Part shown: positions 1-12,203 of the stretch, one piece after another
Numbering within the stretch: the stretch's first letter is position 1
Layout of the letters: each line of letters begins with the position of its first letter
Origin: Carcharhinus longimanus
Lineage: Eukaryota
Length of the DNA stretch: 64,000 nucleotides
Reading direction: 5' to 3'
Assembly (NCBI GenBank): GCA_030264375.1
Contig: JASCQW010000156.1
Span: forward strand, 23,974,887-24,038,886
Notes under the pieces: generated by a model
Told to the model about the DNA's origin: nothing
Database searches by the model: none
Seen by the model: the letters and a program-made list of their open reading frames with translations, nothing else
Translations under genes and position numbers: made by a program

Positions 1-275
1 CATCTCTTTAACCTATGCTTAATGCTATCTCCACTCACATTGTCTGCACCTTTAAGACTTGACTAGCTGTAAAGACTTGCATTTTAATCAGTATTCTGTA
101 AATGTGTGCCTTTATATGCACCGTTTGTGATCAGAACTCCCCACTCACCTGACGAAGGAGCAATGCTCCAAAAGCTAGTGGTGTTTGTTACCAAATAAAC
201 CTGTTGGACTCTAACCTGGTATTGTGAGACTGCTTACTGTGTTTACGCCAGTCCAACGCCAGCATTTCCACATCA
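1..275 (+). mobile_element. Penelope-like element terminal (pLTR) fragment, family 1, carrying a hammerhead motif
   Basis: Hammerhead-like core at 142-183 followed by the tail CCAAATAAACCTGTTGGACT...CCAGTCCAACGCCAGCATTTCCACATCA, which recurs at 25.3, 29.0, 31.5, 44.7 and 60.0 kb. The PLE assignment is inferred from the minimal hammerhead architecture; no RT or GIY-YIG ORF is visible. Confidence 0.7.
142..183 (+). ncRNA. Degenerate minimal type I hammerhead ribozyme motif
   Basis: CAC-CTGACGA-A-GGAGC/aat/GCTCC-AAAA-GC-TA-GTG: intact 5' core, perfect 5-bp stem II, stem I CAC/GTG; GAAA has become AAAA, consistent with CpG decay. Confidence 0.65.
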
Positions 276-1499
276 TTCCTTGGACTATGCAGAGTATACT
301 CACCCACTTTGCCTTTTTGATTGCAAATTTTTGAAAATTCCTGCCTTCTCATGCTAGGCTCCACCATGGTTGAGACTGGAAGTATACATGGAGCTTTCTC
401 CTCCTGTTTATTGCTTGTTCATCTAGCACCGTATTTGACTGACTTGTTGGCCCGTAGAGCCTTGATCTATTCTTTGTGCGAGTTCTTAGTTTTGTCTATA
501 ACTGCTGATTTTGGTGTTTAATGTTTACCTGGCAGTAAGGATACTTCAGTTGCAAGCAATAAAAGAATAAACTTCATAAAATAAATCAAAGAAAAGATTT
601 AATAAAGTAACTTCATTACACCACCACTTGGAGACACACAAGCTCCCCACAATTCCCATTTTTCTAATTATGCTGGTCAGCTGACCACTACATCATTTTG
701 CCATTGGTTACATTGTGTACCAGGTCAGCTGACCCTCACAGCCTGTTACCATTGTTTACATGGTAGTAGATTCCAATGTTATCATTGGTTACATTAATGT
801 GGTAATACTTCGCTAGTTGATACCCTCACTCTCAGGACTTCCTTGGTCCTGCTTTTCTACACCACATTGAGCCACGGTTGGTCTCTTGACTTGATGGTGA
901 TCAGCGAGTGAGAAATGTCTCTGGGCATGATCTAGTAGATTCTGGTGGTGTACAATTCTGCTAAGCTTGGCTTATGGTATCTCTTGGATACCATGTTTTG
1001 GATTGCTAAATTTGTCCTAAACCTGTCGCATGATGTCATGGTGGAGGCAAAGGTTTTTCTCCACAAGAACTGTAATATTTCTCATATTTTAATACATAGT
1101 ATAAATTATACATAGCTCCTCTGCTCACTTTATAGTGGAAATTTTCTATGTAAACGCATTACATTATAATTACACTCTTGCCAGAATGGAATTACCATGT
1201 AACAAAGTTAGCTGTGCGCTGTCCATTAAGGATGTTGCATAGGAAGTTTGAATGGAAATATAGAAAAACAAAAATAGAATGTGTGATTTATAATAAGCAA
1301 TTGAACGATGTCTTTATGCCCCGGTCCAATATTTCCTTGTCCACTGACTCCACTCCACTTGACGGCTATATTCAGTTTTAATTCTCCATGCACAATGTCA
1401 TGGGAGATCACCCAATATGTCATTAATTACATTATATGCCCAAGCTACAGATCAACTGATAATGTAAAACCCACAGTTTTAAAACCTGTTGATTTGATC

Positions 1500-1633
1500 A
1501 GTTCTGAAGAAAAGTTCTTTTGGACTCAAAACGTTAACTCTGCTTCTCTCCACAGATGCTGCCAGACCTGCTGAGTTCTTCCAGCATTTTCTATTTTTTT
1601 TCAGAGTTTCAGCATCCACAGTATTTTGCTTTA
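1500..1633 (+). mobile_element. Penelope-like terminal fragment, family 2, with decayed hammerhead motif
   Basis: AGTT-CTGAAGA-A...GACTC-AAAA-CG-TT-AACT, then CTCTCCACAGATGCTGCCAGACCTGCTGAG; related copies at 23.4, 35.2, 46.5 and 49.35 kb. Confidence 0.6.
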
Positions 1634-1931
1634 ATATTACCTGTCTTGCATTTATCTGGCACCTAGAACTCCAATGAATTATTTTTTAAGTAACGGCAAG
1701 CACAGCAGACACTCTGCATTCCGTAAATGACTAATTCGTCATCTATGATGCATGGGATCAGCCAGTGAGATCATCAGAAGAAATCAGTCCACACCACTTC
1801 ATAGATGCTCAGCATTTAACTGCTGTCTCTGTACTTAGTCTCCCCACACAACACAACAGAGATTGTCCTCATACTGTGAAGCAAATGGAAAAGTCATGGG
1901 CACATTAGAAAAATGTCCTTATTTCATCTTT

Positions 1932-2225
1932 CATAGAATCCCTACAGTGCAGAAGGAGGCCATTTGACCATTCATTCTCCACCGACCACAATCCCTACTC
2001 CTATAACCCCACATATTTACCTTGCTAATCCCCTGACACTAGGGTCAATTTAGCATGGCTAACCCACACATGTTTCGGCTATGGGAGGAAACCAGACCAC
2101 CCAGAGGAAACATACACAGACACAGGGAGAATGTACAAACTCCACACAGACAATGGGCTGAGGCTGGAAGTGAACCTGGGTCCCAACACTGTGAGGCAGC
2201 AATGCTAACCACGATGCCACCATGT
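1932..2225 (-). mobile_element. V-domain tRNA SINE (HE1-like), CR1-type tail
   Basis: Reverse complement of the head, V core and GGGATTCTATG tail seen in the other copies. Confidence 0.85.
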
Positions 2226-2244
2226 CGATGTAAGTTATTGCTGG

Positions 2245-3380
2245 ACTGCTAGCAAAGGAAGTAAGTTATGCCACAGAGCATGAAGCCTTGGTCAGACCTC
2301 TTCTGCATTTAGTTTTGAGCACCATACTATTTGCAGAAAAGACTTACTAGGATGCTACCATGGCTTAATTGTTTAAGTTATAAGGTGAGGCTGGATAGAC
2401 TGGCAATATTTTTCCTAGAGCATAGGAGGCTTAGGGATCACCTTATAGAGGTATATAAAATAATGAGGGGCATAAATAAGGTAGATAGTCAACATCTTTT
2501 CCTAAAGTTAGAGGAGTCTAAAACTAGGGTGCATAGGTTTAAGGTGAGAGGGGAGAGATACAAACCGGTCCAGAGGGGTAATGTTTTCACTCAGCAGGTG
2601 GTGAATGGAATGAGCTGCCAGAGGCAGTAGTAGAGGCAGGTACAATTTTGTCTTTTAAAAAACATTTGGACAGTTACGTGGGTGAGGTGGGATATGGGCC
2701 ACATGCAGGCAATTGGGACTTGCTTAGTGGTTAAAAACTGGGCAGCATAGGCAAGTTGGGCTGAAGGGCCTGTTTCCATGCTGTAAACCTCTATGACTCT
2801 ATCAGAGGAAGGATATATTGATCTTGGAGTGAACACAGGGCAGATTTGCTGGAATGATGTCAAACCTTAAAGGGATAAATTATGAGGACATATTACATTT
2901 ACCTGCATTGTACCCCCATTAATATAGCAGGTTGAGAGGTGATTTGATTGAAATGTTTAAAATGTTACAAGCATTTGAACAGTTAGGGAATAAGTTTTCT
3001 CTGGTGGAGGAATCAAAAACCGGAGTTCATTTAACACTAGAACAATATCATCCAGGGACGAAATTGGGAAGCACTTTCTTCACACAAGTGATGGCAGATA
3101 TTTGGACCTCTCTAGTCCAAAAGATTTTGGATGCTGGGACAGTTGGATCTTTTAATGTAATGTGCATTTAAATAGCATGTTTAATATAGTAAAACATCCT
3201 AAGATGCTCCAGAGGCATGTTACCAGGTAAAATTTTACTGAGATAGTTTTTTTTTGATAAATGTATTAAGGGACATAGAGCAAATGCAAGAAAAATGCAG
3301 TTGGGGTACAGATTAGTCATGATCTCATGAAATGATAGAGCAGGTTCGAAGGACTGAATGGCCTACCCCTGTTCCTACAA
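2245..3380 (+). mobile_element. Old CR1 LINE 3' fragment with a younger CR1 3' end nested at about 2330-2802
   Basis: ORF remnants RRLRDHLIEVYKIMRG and MRGDLIEMFKML; inner copy ends in CTATGACTCTAT; outer copy ends GAATGGCCTACCCCTGTTCCTA. Confidence 0.85.
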
Positions 3381-4067
3381 TGTCAGGATGGATTCTGTAC
3401 TAAATCTCTGACAGGGATTTTGAACTCTCAGCCATCTTATCGAGGTCTGAAAGCTCCGATGGGAATACACTCTCCTATACAATACTTGCTCGCTCTCTCT
3501 CTCTCTCGATCAGAGCCCCAATCACAGCACACAAAGAGCATTGAACATTAGAGCACTGGTTACCATGACAACAGTCACATTATTACAAGGGACCAATAAG
3601 CCATTATTTTATAAAAAGAAACATGATGAATTTCTAAACCATGGTTGCTTGCCTTTGCTGATATTGTTCTACAATTCAGTGACAGGATTCTGGACCAATC
3701 AGATTAACTACATGACTACTGCAACCAATGAAATTGCTACAAAAGTAGTTGAAGTAGAATAATCAAATCATGTGATTCCTGTTACCCAATTAGATTGCTT
3801 TCGAACACTCCACTGGCTGAAAACTGGCAAGAGACTGGCATGAGCAATATTGGCCAATAAGATTCACAGAAAGTCTTAATGAATTGCAAAGGCCACATGA
3901 CCACAACTTGCCAGCAAGATACATCATACCTTCTTCAATCTATACTATCTAATTTTTTTTTAAATGAGCTGCATTAAAGGGAGTTTTTTTTTAAAAATTG
4001 CTATCTTGCAACTAGATCTTTCTAGAGTAGAGCAAAATGTGTATAATTAATGCTGAAGCCATCATTG

Positions 4068-4347
4068 AACTGCCTCACAGCGGCAGGGACCTGGGTTCAA
4101 TTTCTGCCTCGGGTGACTGTCTGTGTGGCATGTTCTTCTCGTGTGTCTGTGTGGATTTCCTCTGGGTGCTCCAGTTTCCTCCCACAGTCCAAAGACGTTG
4201 ATTGGCCATGCTGAATTGTCCCTTCGTGTCAGAGAGATTAAGCAGGGTAAATATGTGGGATTACAGGGATAGCACCTGGGTGTGACTATTGCTGGTGTAG
4301 GGTCGATGAGCCAAATGGCCTCTTTCTGGACTGCAGGGATTCTATGA
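4068..4347 (+). mobile_element. V-domain tRNA SINE, CR1-type tail
   Basis: B-box-like GGGTTCAATTTC, V core GGTGCTCCAGTTTCCTCCCACAGTCCAAAGA, tail GGGATTCTATG. Confidence 0.85.
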
Positions 4348-4383
4348 ATGAGCAACAATTAACCTTTTTCCATAATCTTGCAG

Positions 4384-4432
4384 TGTAGCTGGAATGAGCA
4401 AAATGTTTGAGGGCACATCATCTGCTGCAGCG
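4384..4432 (+). CDS. Candidate 49-bp internal coding exon of an unidentified upstream gene
   Basis: Acceptor TTTTTCCATAATCTTGCAG and donor GCG|GTGAGC; only one frame is open (VAGMSKMFEGTSSAAA). No homology recognised. Confidence 0.3.
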
Positions 4433-5017
4433 GTGAGCAGGTTGATGAATAATAAATATCATGTGTAATTGCAATTGTAATGTCACAGAGTATGAAAAGA
4501 ACTTTAACACAGTATTGTACTTCCAGAAATATCAATTTGAACTGGTATTGAATGTGATCTTATATTTTTTTTATGGAGAAAGTACACTTTTGGGAAAATG
4601 AATAGGTTGATAGGGAAAGCCACTGTCAAAGGCCCTCCTGCCATAGTACATTGAAGGGCTGGAAACTATGTAAACCCCTCAGGCTGCATGTACCAGAGAA
4701 TGTTTGACATGAATTGTAAATGTACATCGTGAGTATAACCTGTAATGACAAGTGAGGCACCTCATTTCGTGTAATACTAAGTATTAGTGTTACAATTTAT
4801 GTAATGTCATATTTGAACCCTTATTTAATGCACTTTTACAAAATGTTATGAATTTATTTTTTTGAGGGGGGAAACATGTTCTGATAAAGAAGGTAAACAC
4901 AAAATTTTAGCCTGCTTTTTTCTTTATAGATGTTGAGGAACCTGCTTTGCATTTTCAAAATATTCTGTTTCCAGTTCAGATCTTTAGCATTTTACATTGT
5001 TGTCTTTTCACTTCCAG

Positions 5018-5426
5018 CTTGAATGACGAGCGGGACACCAGCTCGTCATACTGACCTAACCTGCATTGTGCACAGTGATCTGAAACTGCAGGCTTTCTTT
5101 CTTTCCATATCGACAAACAATGAATCTCAAGAGTGGTTGCATCACCAAATACTATGGCTGCATTCAATTCAGTGTTTAGAACAGTCAACTGAATGAGATT
5201 CCTGCTGCCTGCAGCCAGCAATACTAGCTGTTGAGTATATTTCTTTTTGTAGGTGGTTCAGTCTATTTTGCCTACCATGAAATCAATCGCCATCAGTGAC
5301 TCCCAGGTTCCTTGTAGTTTGAACACAACATTAAGGAATTCATAACTGGAACTTAATCGTTACAAATTTCTTGATCAATAATTAAACATCAAATATCATG
5401 AAACAATTGTTCTCTATATAAATAAA
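5018..5426 (+). other. Candidate terminal exon (short coding end plus 3' UTR)
   Basis: Strong acceptor TTGTCTTTTCACTTCCAG; all frames stop quickly (longest LNDERDTSSSY*, TGA at 5052-5054); retained CpGs; AATAAA at 5421-5426. Confidence 0.3.
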
Positions 5427-5689
5427 GAAAAGGATCAGTTCTTTAGAAGGGTCAATGGACTATTCACCATGCTAAATTGTTCCTTAGTGTGAGGGGAACT
5501 GCCTGGGGTAAATATGTGGGGTTATAGGGATCGGGCCCGGTGGGATGGTGGTTGGTGCAAACGTACACCTGGAGAAGATCCTCTGATTCNNNNNNNNNNN
5601 NNNNNNNNNNNNNNNNNNNNNNNNNNNNNNNNNNNNNNNNNNNNNNNNNNNNNNNNNNNNNNNNNNNNNNNNNNNNNNNNNNNNNNNNN

Positions 5690-5873
5690 GTGTTTATGGG
5701 AGTGGGGTGGGGGTGTGTGTGTCTGCCTGTGGGGGGGAGGGGAGGTGGGTGTGTGTGTTTACGGGAGTGGGGTGGGGGTGTGTGTCTGCCTGTGGGGGAC
5801 AGGGGATGGGGGTGGGTGTGTGTGTTTATGGGAGTGGGGTGGGGCTGTGTGTCTGCCTGTGGGGGACAGGGTG
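5690..5873. repeat. G-rich minisatellite, unit about 65 bp, about 3 visible copies next to a gap
   Basis: GTGTTTA(T/C)GGGAGTGGGGTGGGG...GTCTGCCTGTGGGGG is repeated three times. Confidence 0.85.
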
Positions 5874-6832
5874 GTAGTTGGAATTCAAGTTTATTTTTTG
5901 GCTTTTGCAGAGTTTCTGAAATGTATTTTCCCCCATCTCTCCAAACATACAGCTCTTGCTTTCAAAGGAATCGCGTATGACCAGGTTCCTGTCAATCTGG
6001 TTAAAGATGGAGGGCAACAGGTACATTTTTAAACTTTTCCATCTCCTCTGCCGTTTCTGTATGGTGATTCTATGCTATTGGAGTTATGTCTAGCAAGAAT
6101 TGATCCTTTTTCTCTATAACTGATTTTAAAACCAAGCAGCAACATTTCATTTTATAGAAATGTATGAATTTATTATCTGGCCCAGTGGCGTTATGACAGA
6201 CGTTATAATTTTTATATCCATTATAAAGAATTTTTAAATGTTAGTTTAACCATACTAACTCTCAGAAGTGAAGGAACATCCACTTCTGCCCCCCTCCTTT
6301 CTGAACTGTCTTGTGTTAAGCTTTGGTATCTAAATGAGAGAGTCTGCCAGTTACCTTTTAAGGAGACTGAGACAGCTTAGGGGTTTCTCTGCCTTATAGT
6401 TGGGGAGACCACAGTCCGTACACAGCTCCCAACATCTAACTCTATTTTGCCCAATTGGGAGTGTTCCACTGTTAGATTATCTTTGTTAAATCACATTTTA
6501 ACCACTGTTTCCTCTCTCTGCAGCATGCTGATTTTTTCAAGGCCCTTAATCCCATGAAGCAGGTTCCAGCTCTCTCTGTTGATGGGATTACTCTCTCACA
6601 GTCGGTAAAGCTTGCTTGTCTTTGTTGTGTGGGGAAGCAAAGAGAGGACTTAATTTTGTGTTACTTATTAAAGCTTTTCTGTTGTACCTGGGTTCAGGAT
6701 TCCACGGCCTGTTATCTGGCTGTGTCAATGTTTAACTTGTAACTTGACCAGTCTTTTAATCATCAAAAGTGGTGAATCCAAGTTTAAAGCAATCATTAGC
6801 AGTACATGACTGATCAAAGATTCATACGAATT

Positions 6833-7183
6833 GGGTCTCACCATGGTGGTCAATGGTCAGCATTGCTGCCTCACAGCTCCAGGGACCTGGGTTCAATTCC
6901 TGGCTTGGGTCACTGTCTGTGTGGAGTTTGCACATTCTCCCCGTATCTGTGTGGGTTTTGACTGGATGCTCCGGTTTTCTCCCACAGTCCGAAGATGTGT
7001 GGGTTAGGGTGATTGGCCATGCTAAATTGCCCCTTAGTGTCCCAGGCTGTGTAGGTTAGAGGGACTAGTGAGGTAAAATGCGAGGGGTTGCAGGGATAGG
7101 GCCTAGAGTGGGATTGTGGTAGGTGCAGACGTGATGGGCCGAATGGCCTCCTTCTGCGCTGTAGTGTTTCTATGGTCTCTATG
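6833..7183 (+). mobile_element. Full-length V-domain tRNA SINE, CR1-type tail
   Basis: A-box/B-box-like head, V core, tail GGGCCGAATGGCCTCCTTCTG...CTATG. Confidence 0.9.
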
Positions 7184-7431
7184 CATAATAGCTACCCCAA
7201 TAAGGACTGACGTCCCAATAGCAGAGATATCGTAAGAGCTTCAACACATTTTTCTACACTACAAAACAAAAAATCTTGAATATTTTGTCCTAGACAGAAA
7301 TCCAGATCCTGACAACCCAGCCCTGAGAGCACAAATAACTTACATTTTGTTGTTTAGTGGATGTGAAAATTATGGCTATATTTAGAACTGCTACCTCATT
7401 GATAGATAAGTTATCATTCAAAATACTAAGA

Positions 7432-7698
7432 CCACAAGGCAAGATACAAAAGTCTGAGGTCACGTACTATCAAACTCAAGAACAGCTTCTTCCTTGCTGC
7501 CATCAGACTTTTGAATGGCTTAACTTGCATTAACTTGCATTCTCTACATCCTAGATATGACTGTAACATTACATTCTGCACTCCTCGATTCCTTCTCTTT
7601 AGGTGGTATATTTTGTCTGTGTAATGCGCAAGAAACAATACTTTTCACTGTCTGTTAATACATGTGACAATGATAAATCAAATCAAATATCAAATCAA
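7432..7698 (+). mobile_element. Rex1/Babar-like LINE 3' end
   Basis: Encodes the remnant RYKSLRSRTIKLKNSFFLAAIRLLN and ends in (AAATC)n; same family at 15.7, 43.9-44.7 and 62.3 kb. Confidence 0.65.
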
Positions 7699-8204
7699 GA
7701 ATTGTCTCAGGTCTTGAAATTAACTGTAACATGGATTTAAATACTTGAGGTTGTCCATGAGGATCACCAACAATGGATCAATACCTAAGCAGTCAACAAT
7801 GATAAAAAGCATGGACACAGCCATATTAGGGTGATAAAGAAAATATAAGGGAGTGTTCATCATAATCTTCCTATCTATATAAAGTCTTCCATCTGATGCC
7901 AATCCACACAGCGCAAAGTATCACAATTCAACCTGATTAGCTCAATTATTATTTTTATAAAACACCAAAGAGAAACCATTTGGAGCAGACTAATAAACAA
8001 TTGACAAACTATCAATGGTCAGCAAGGGGAAGCAATGACAGTGCTTTACTCTTTTCTTAACAATGTTGTTAACTACTATTTTATTGCCTTACCAAGTTGA
8101 AGATATATCATTAATTTCTAAAACAGGATAGACAAAACATACAAATTCACAAGGAAATTGACATTTTTATTTAGTTTTGCCTCTTAGGCACATCTGTAAT
8201 AATG

Positions 8205-8502
8205 TTTAAAGTTTATTTATTAATCTCAAGTAGGCTTACATTAACACTGCAATGAAGTTACTGTGAAATTGCCCTAGTCGCCACATTCCAGAACCTATTT
8301 CGGTAGTCTGAGGGAAAATTTAGCATAGCCAACACACCTGATACACTAGACTGTTGGAGGAAACCGGAGCACCCGAAGGAAACCCGTGCAGACACATGGA
8401 GAATGTCCAGACTCTACACAGACAGTGACCCAAGCTGGGAATCAAACTATAGCCCTGATGCTGTGAGGCAGCAGTGCTAACCACTGTGCCACCATGCTGC
8501 CC
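8205..8502 (-). mobile_element. V-domain tRNA SINE, alternative tail
   Basis: Same head and V core, but the tail reads ...CACAGTAACTTCATTGCAGTGTTAATGTAAGCCTACTTG on the minus strand. Confidence 0.85.
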
Positions 8503-8504
8503 AT

Positions 8505-9040
8505 TCCATTGGTGTGCCACACAAGGCAAGATAATACCAGATACAACAGATAATTAAAAAAAACTTGGTCAAAGCATTAGTTTCAATGAACGTTTTATAA
8601 GAGGAAAGGGAGAAAGAGAGGCGGAGAGATTTAGACAAGAAATTTCGGAGTTTAGGATCTTGGCAACTGTAGACAGAATCACCAGTGGTGGAGTGATGAA
8701 AATTGGGGTTGCTCAAGAGGTTAGAATTGTAAAAGCGCAGAAATTTTGGGATGCTGCAGGACTGGAGAAAATCACAAAGAGAGGGAATGAGACAATTGGG
8801 GAATTTGAAAACAGGGATGAGAATTTTAAAATTGAGAGATCGCTTAACCAGGAAACAATGGAGATCAGGAAGTACTGGGGTAATGGGTGGGTGGGATTTA
8901 ACCTCGGGTTTAGCAAAGTTAGAACTAAGATGGTAAGTGCTTTGGAATAATCAATTCTCAGAGGCAAGAAAGGCATGGGTGAAGGTTTCAGCAGCAGATG
9001 AACTGAGGCAAGGTTAGAGTCAGCTGATGTTACGGAAGGG
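8505..9040 (-). mobile_element. Old L2-like LINE 3' fragment
   Basis: Minus-strand remnant IDYSKAL and purine-rich pattern shared with fragments at 18.5, 19.5, 28.3 and 36.7 kb. Confidence 0.5.
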
Positions 9041-9369
9041 TAGAATACCCATCCCAAGGTCCCATACAACATTGAGGTTAAACATAACATCTTGGAGCTG
9101 TGGGAGGCACATGAAGTCATGTGGTTGTTAGCAAGACCGGTAATTAACCAAGCATGCCAGAACTGGTTGTTTACGCCCCACCTCCGTTCCAGGCTCTTAG
9201 AATAAGAACACTAATTGAAAAGGATCAGTCAAGGAGACATTATTCCCTTGAAGTAGATTCGAACAACTTTATTTATGATTTTGTTTCTTCCAGCAACCAG
9301 ACAAAAACATTGACATTGCTACCCTGAATACACCTTTGACAAGTTAAGTATCCGCACCACACAGGTGCA

Positions 9370-11905
9370 CGGCAATTATCAACTCCATCAAGAATCTAAC
9401 CATTTCCCTTTCACATTCAATGTTATTATCATCGTGAATTCTTCATCATCAACATTCAGCAGGAGAGGATGTGTGTGGTCACCAGAGGTCAGCAACTTAA
9501 CTGGACCAGCCACGTGAACATAATGGCTACAACACGAGGCAAGATTTCCTTTCTCAGTGTGTAACTCATCTCTTGACGCCACAGAGTCTGTGCACCAGCT
9601 TTAAGGCACAAGTTAGGAGTGTGCTGGGATGAGTGCAGCTTCAACAACACTGAAGAAGGTTGACACCATCCAGGACACATGGCCCANNNNNNNNNNNNNN
9701 NNNNNNNNNNNNNNNNNNNNNNNNNNNNNNNNNNNNNNNNNNNNNNNNNNNNNNNNNNNNNNNNNNNNNNNNNNNNNNNNNNNNNNCTGAAGAAGGTTGA
9801 CACCATCCAGGACACATGGCCCACTTATCTTGTGCCTCATCCACTACCTGAAACGTTCACTTCCTTCACCACTGCAACATCTTGGCTGTGCTGTGTACCA
9901 TCTAAAAGACACACTGTTGCATAGAAACATAGAAACTAGAAGCAGGAATTGGCCGTTAGGCCCTTTGAGTCCACTCCGCCATTCATTTTGATCATGGCTG
10001 ATCATCAATTCAATACCCTGATCCCTCTTCCCTGATCCCTTTAGCCCCAAGAGCTACATTGTCTTCTTGAAACCAAACAACATTCTGGCCTCAACTGCAT
10101 TCTATGCTAGTGAATTCCACGCATTCACTACCCAATAGGTGAAGAAATTTCTCTTACCTCAATTCTGAAAGGTTTACCCCTTATCCTCAAACTATGACCC
10201 CTAGTTCTGGACTCCCCCACCATCTGGAACATTCTTTCTGAATATACCATGTTTATAAGTTTTGATGAGATCCAATGAATATAATGCTAACTGATTTAGT
10301 CTCTCCTCATATGACAGGTCTGCCATCCCAGGAATCAGTCTGGCAAACCTTTGCTGTACTCCCTCTGTGGCAAAGACATCCTTCGTCAGATAAGGACACC
10401 AAAGTTGCACACACTACCCCAGATGTGTCCTCACCAAAACCTGTACAATTGCAACAAAGTATCCCTGTCCTTATACTCAAATCCTCTCGCTATGATGGCC
10501 AACATACCATTTGCTTTCTTTACTGCCTGCTGTACCTGTGTGTTTACTTTCGGCAACTGATACCCAAGGACCCCAAGGTCTCATTGAGTATCCATCTCAA
10601 TTTGCACCCATTCAAGTAATAACCTGTCTTCCTATTATTGCTGCCAAAGTGGATAACTTGACATTTATCCACATTATACTGCATCTGCCATGCAGATACC
10701 CACAGACTCAGCCTATCCAAATCACACTGAAGCATCTCTGCATCCTCCTCACAGCTCACCCTCTCACCCAACTTTGCATAATCTGTAAATTTGGAGATAA
10801 TACATTCAGCTCCCCCTTCCAAATTATTAATGTGAACAGTTGGGGTTCTAGCACAGATCCCTGTGGAACCCCACTGGTCAGACTGCCAATCAGAAAAATT
10901 CTTTGCCTCCTATCCTCTAACCAGCTTTCTATTCATCTCAAGACATTACCTGCGATCCCATGTGCTTTAACGTTACATAATAGCCTGTTATGTGAGAACT
11001 TATCGAAAGCCTTCTGAAAGTTCTACATAAACCACATTCACTGGTTCTCCTCAGTCAACTCTATTAGCTACATCCTCAAAAAATTCCAATAGATTCATCA
11101 AGCATGATTTCTGTTTTGTAAATCCATGCTGACTTTGTCTGATATACCACTGTATTCCAAATGCCGAGTTATGAAATCCTTGATAATAGACTCTAGCAAC
11201 TTCCCCAGTACCGACATTACGCTCACTGGTCTATAGTTCCCTGTTTTCTCTCTACCTCCCTTTTTGAATAGCGGGTTTACATTAGCTACTCTCCAAATCA
11301 GAGGAATTATCCCAGAGTTCAAAGAATTTTAGAAGATAACCACCGATGGATTTACTTCCAGGGCCACTTCCTTAAGTACTCTGGGATGAAGACTATCAAG
11401 ACCTGGAGATTTATCCACCTTCAATTCCATCAATTTCCCCAAAACCATTATTCTACTCATGCTGATTTCCTTCAGTTCCTCACTAAAACGTATTTCTTTC
11501 AGCATGTCTGGTACATTATTCATGTCTTCCTTTGTGAAGACTGAAGCAAAGTACAAATTTAATTCTTCAGCCATTTCTTTATTCCCCATTATGAACTCTC
11601 CCATTTCTGTCTGCAAGGGGCCTTTATTCATTTTTGTCAACCTTTTTCTCTTTACATATCTGTAGAACTTAGCAACTTATCCATGCTTCTTTAGTGGCAC
11701 TTTCCAAACCTGTGATCTCAAACACATAGAGGAGCAAAGCCAGGCACAAGGAATCAGCACCATCTATAAGTTTCCCTCCAAGTCATGCACTATCTTGATT
11801 TGCAATTATATTGCTGTTCCCTCATTGTTGTTGGATCAGAAGTATGGAACTCCCCACTGAACAGCTTACACAACACAGACTGCAGCAGCTCAAGAAGGTG
11901 GGTCA
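9370..11905 (+). mobile_element. Old LINE 3' region interrupted by the CR1 at 9920-11665
   Basis: LKKVDTIQD remnant; the 11810-11905 part matches the 3' end of the same family at 19220-19400. Confidence 0.55.
9920..11665 (-). mobile_element. CR1 (HER1-like) LINE, 5'-truncated, decayed RT
   Basis: Translated remnants DKSPGLDSLHPRVLKE, WRVANVNPLFKKGGREKTGNYRPVS, ISKFTDYAKLG, WQMQYNVDKCQV; tail (TTTCTATG)n on the minus strand. Confidence 0.95.
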
Positions 11906-12203
11906 CTTGTCAAATGTCAAGCCGTGTCAAGTGGAGACTACATCCCTCCTTTCTGAATTCTTTCAATGGCATGTCAACCGTATTCCCACACCCTTGCAAC
12001 AGAGTACCAACCACTGAGCAATATCACAGAAGTATACTATGCTCATACAAGTAATGTTGTATACATTCATGCCTTTATAATATAGTTAAAATACCTTTAT
12101 TTATACAGGAACTATCACACTTTGAATGTGTTCCAAACATATTTATGTAAGAAGTTTTGTGGAATATGCCATGGAACTTTTTTTTTCAATACAAAACTGG
12201 TTA

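Noticed and set aside
9650-9823. 37-bp direct repeat on both sides of a gap
   Set aside because: Identical sequence at both contig ends; most likely an unmerged assembly overlap.
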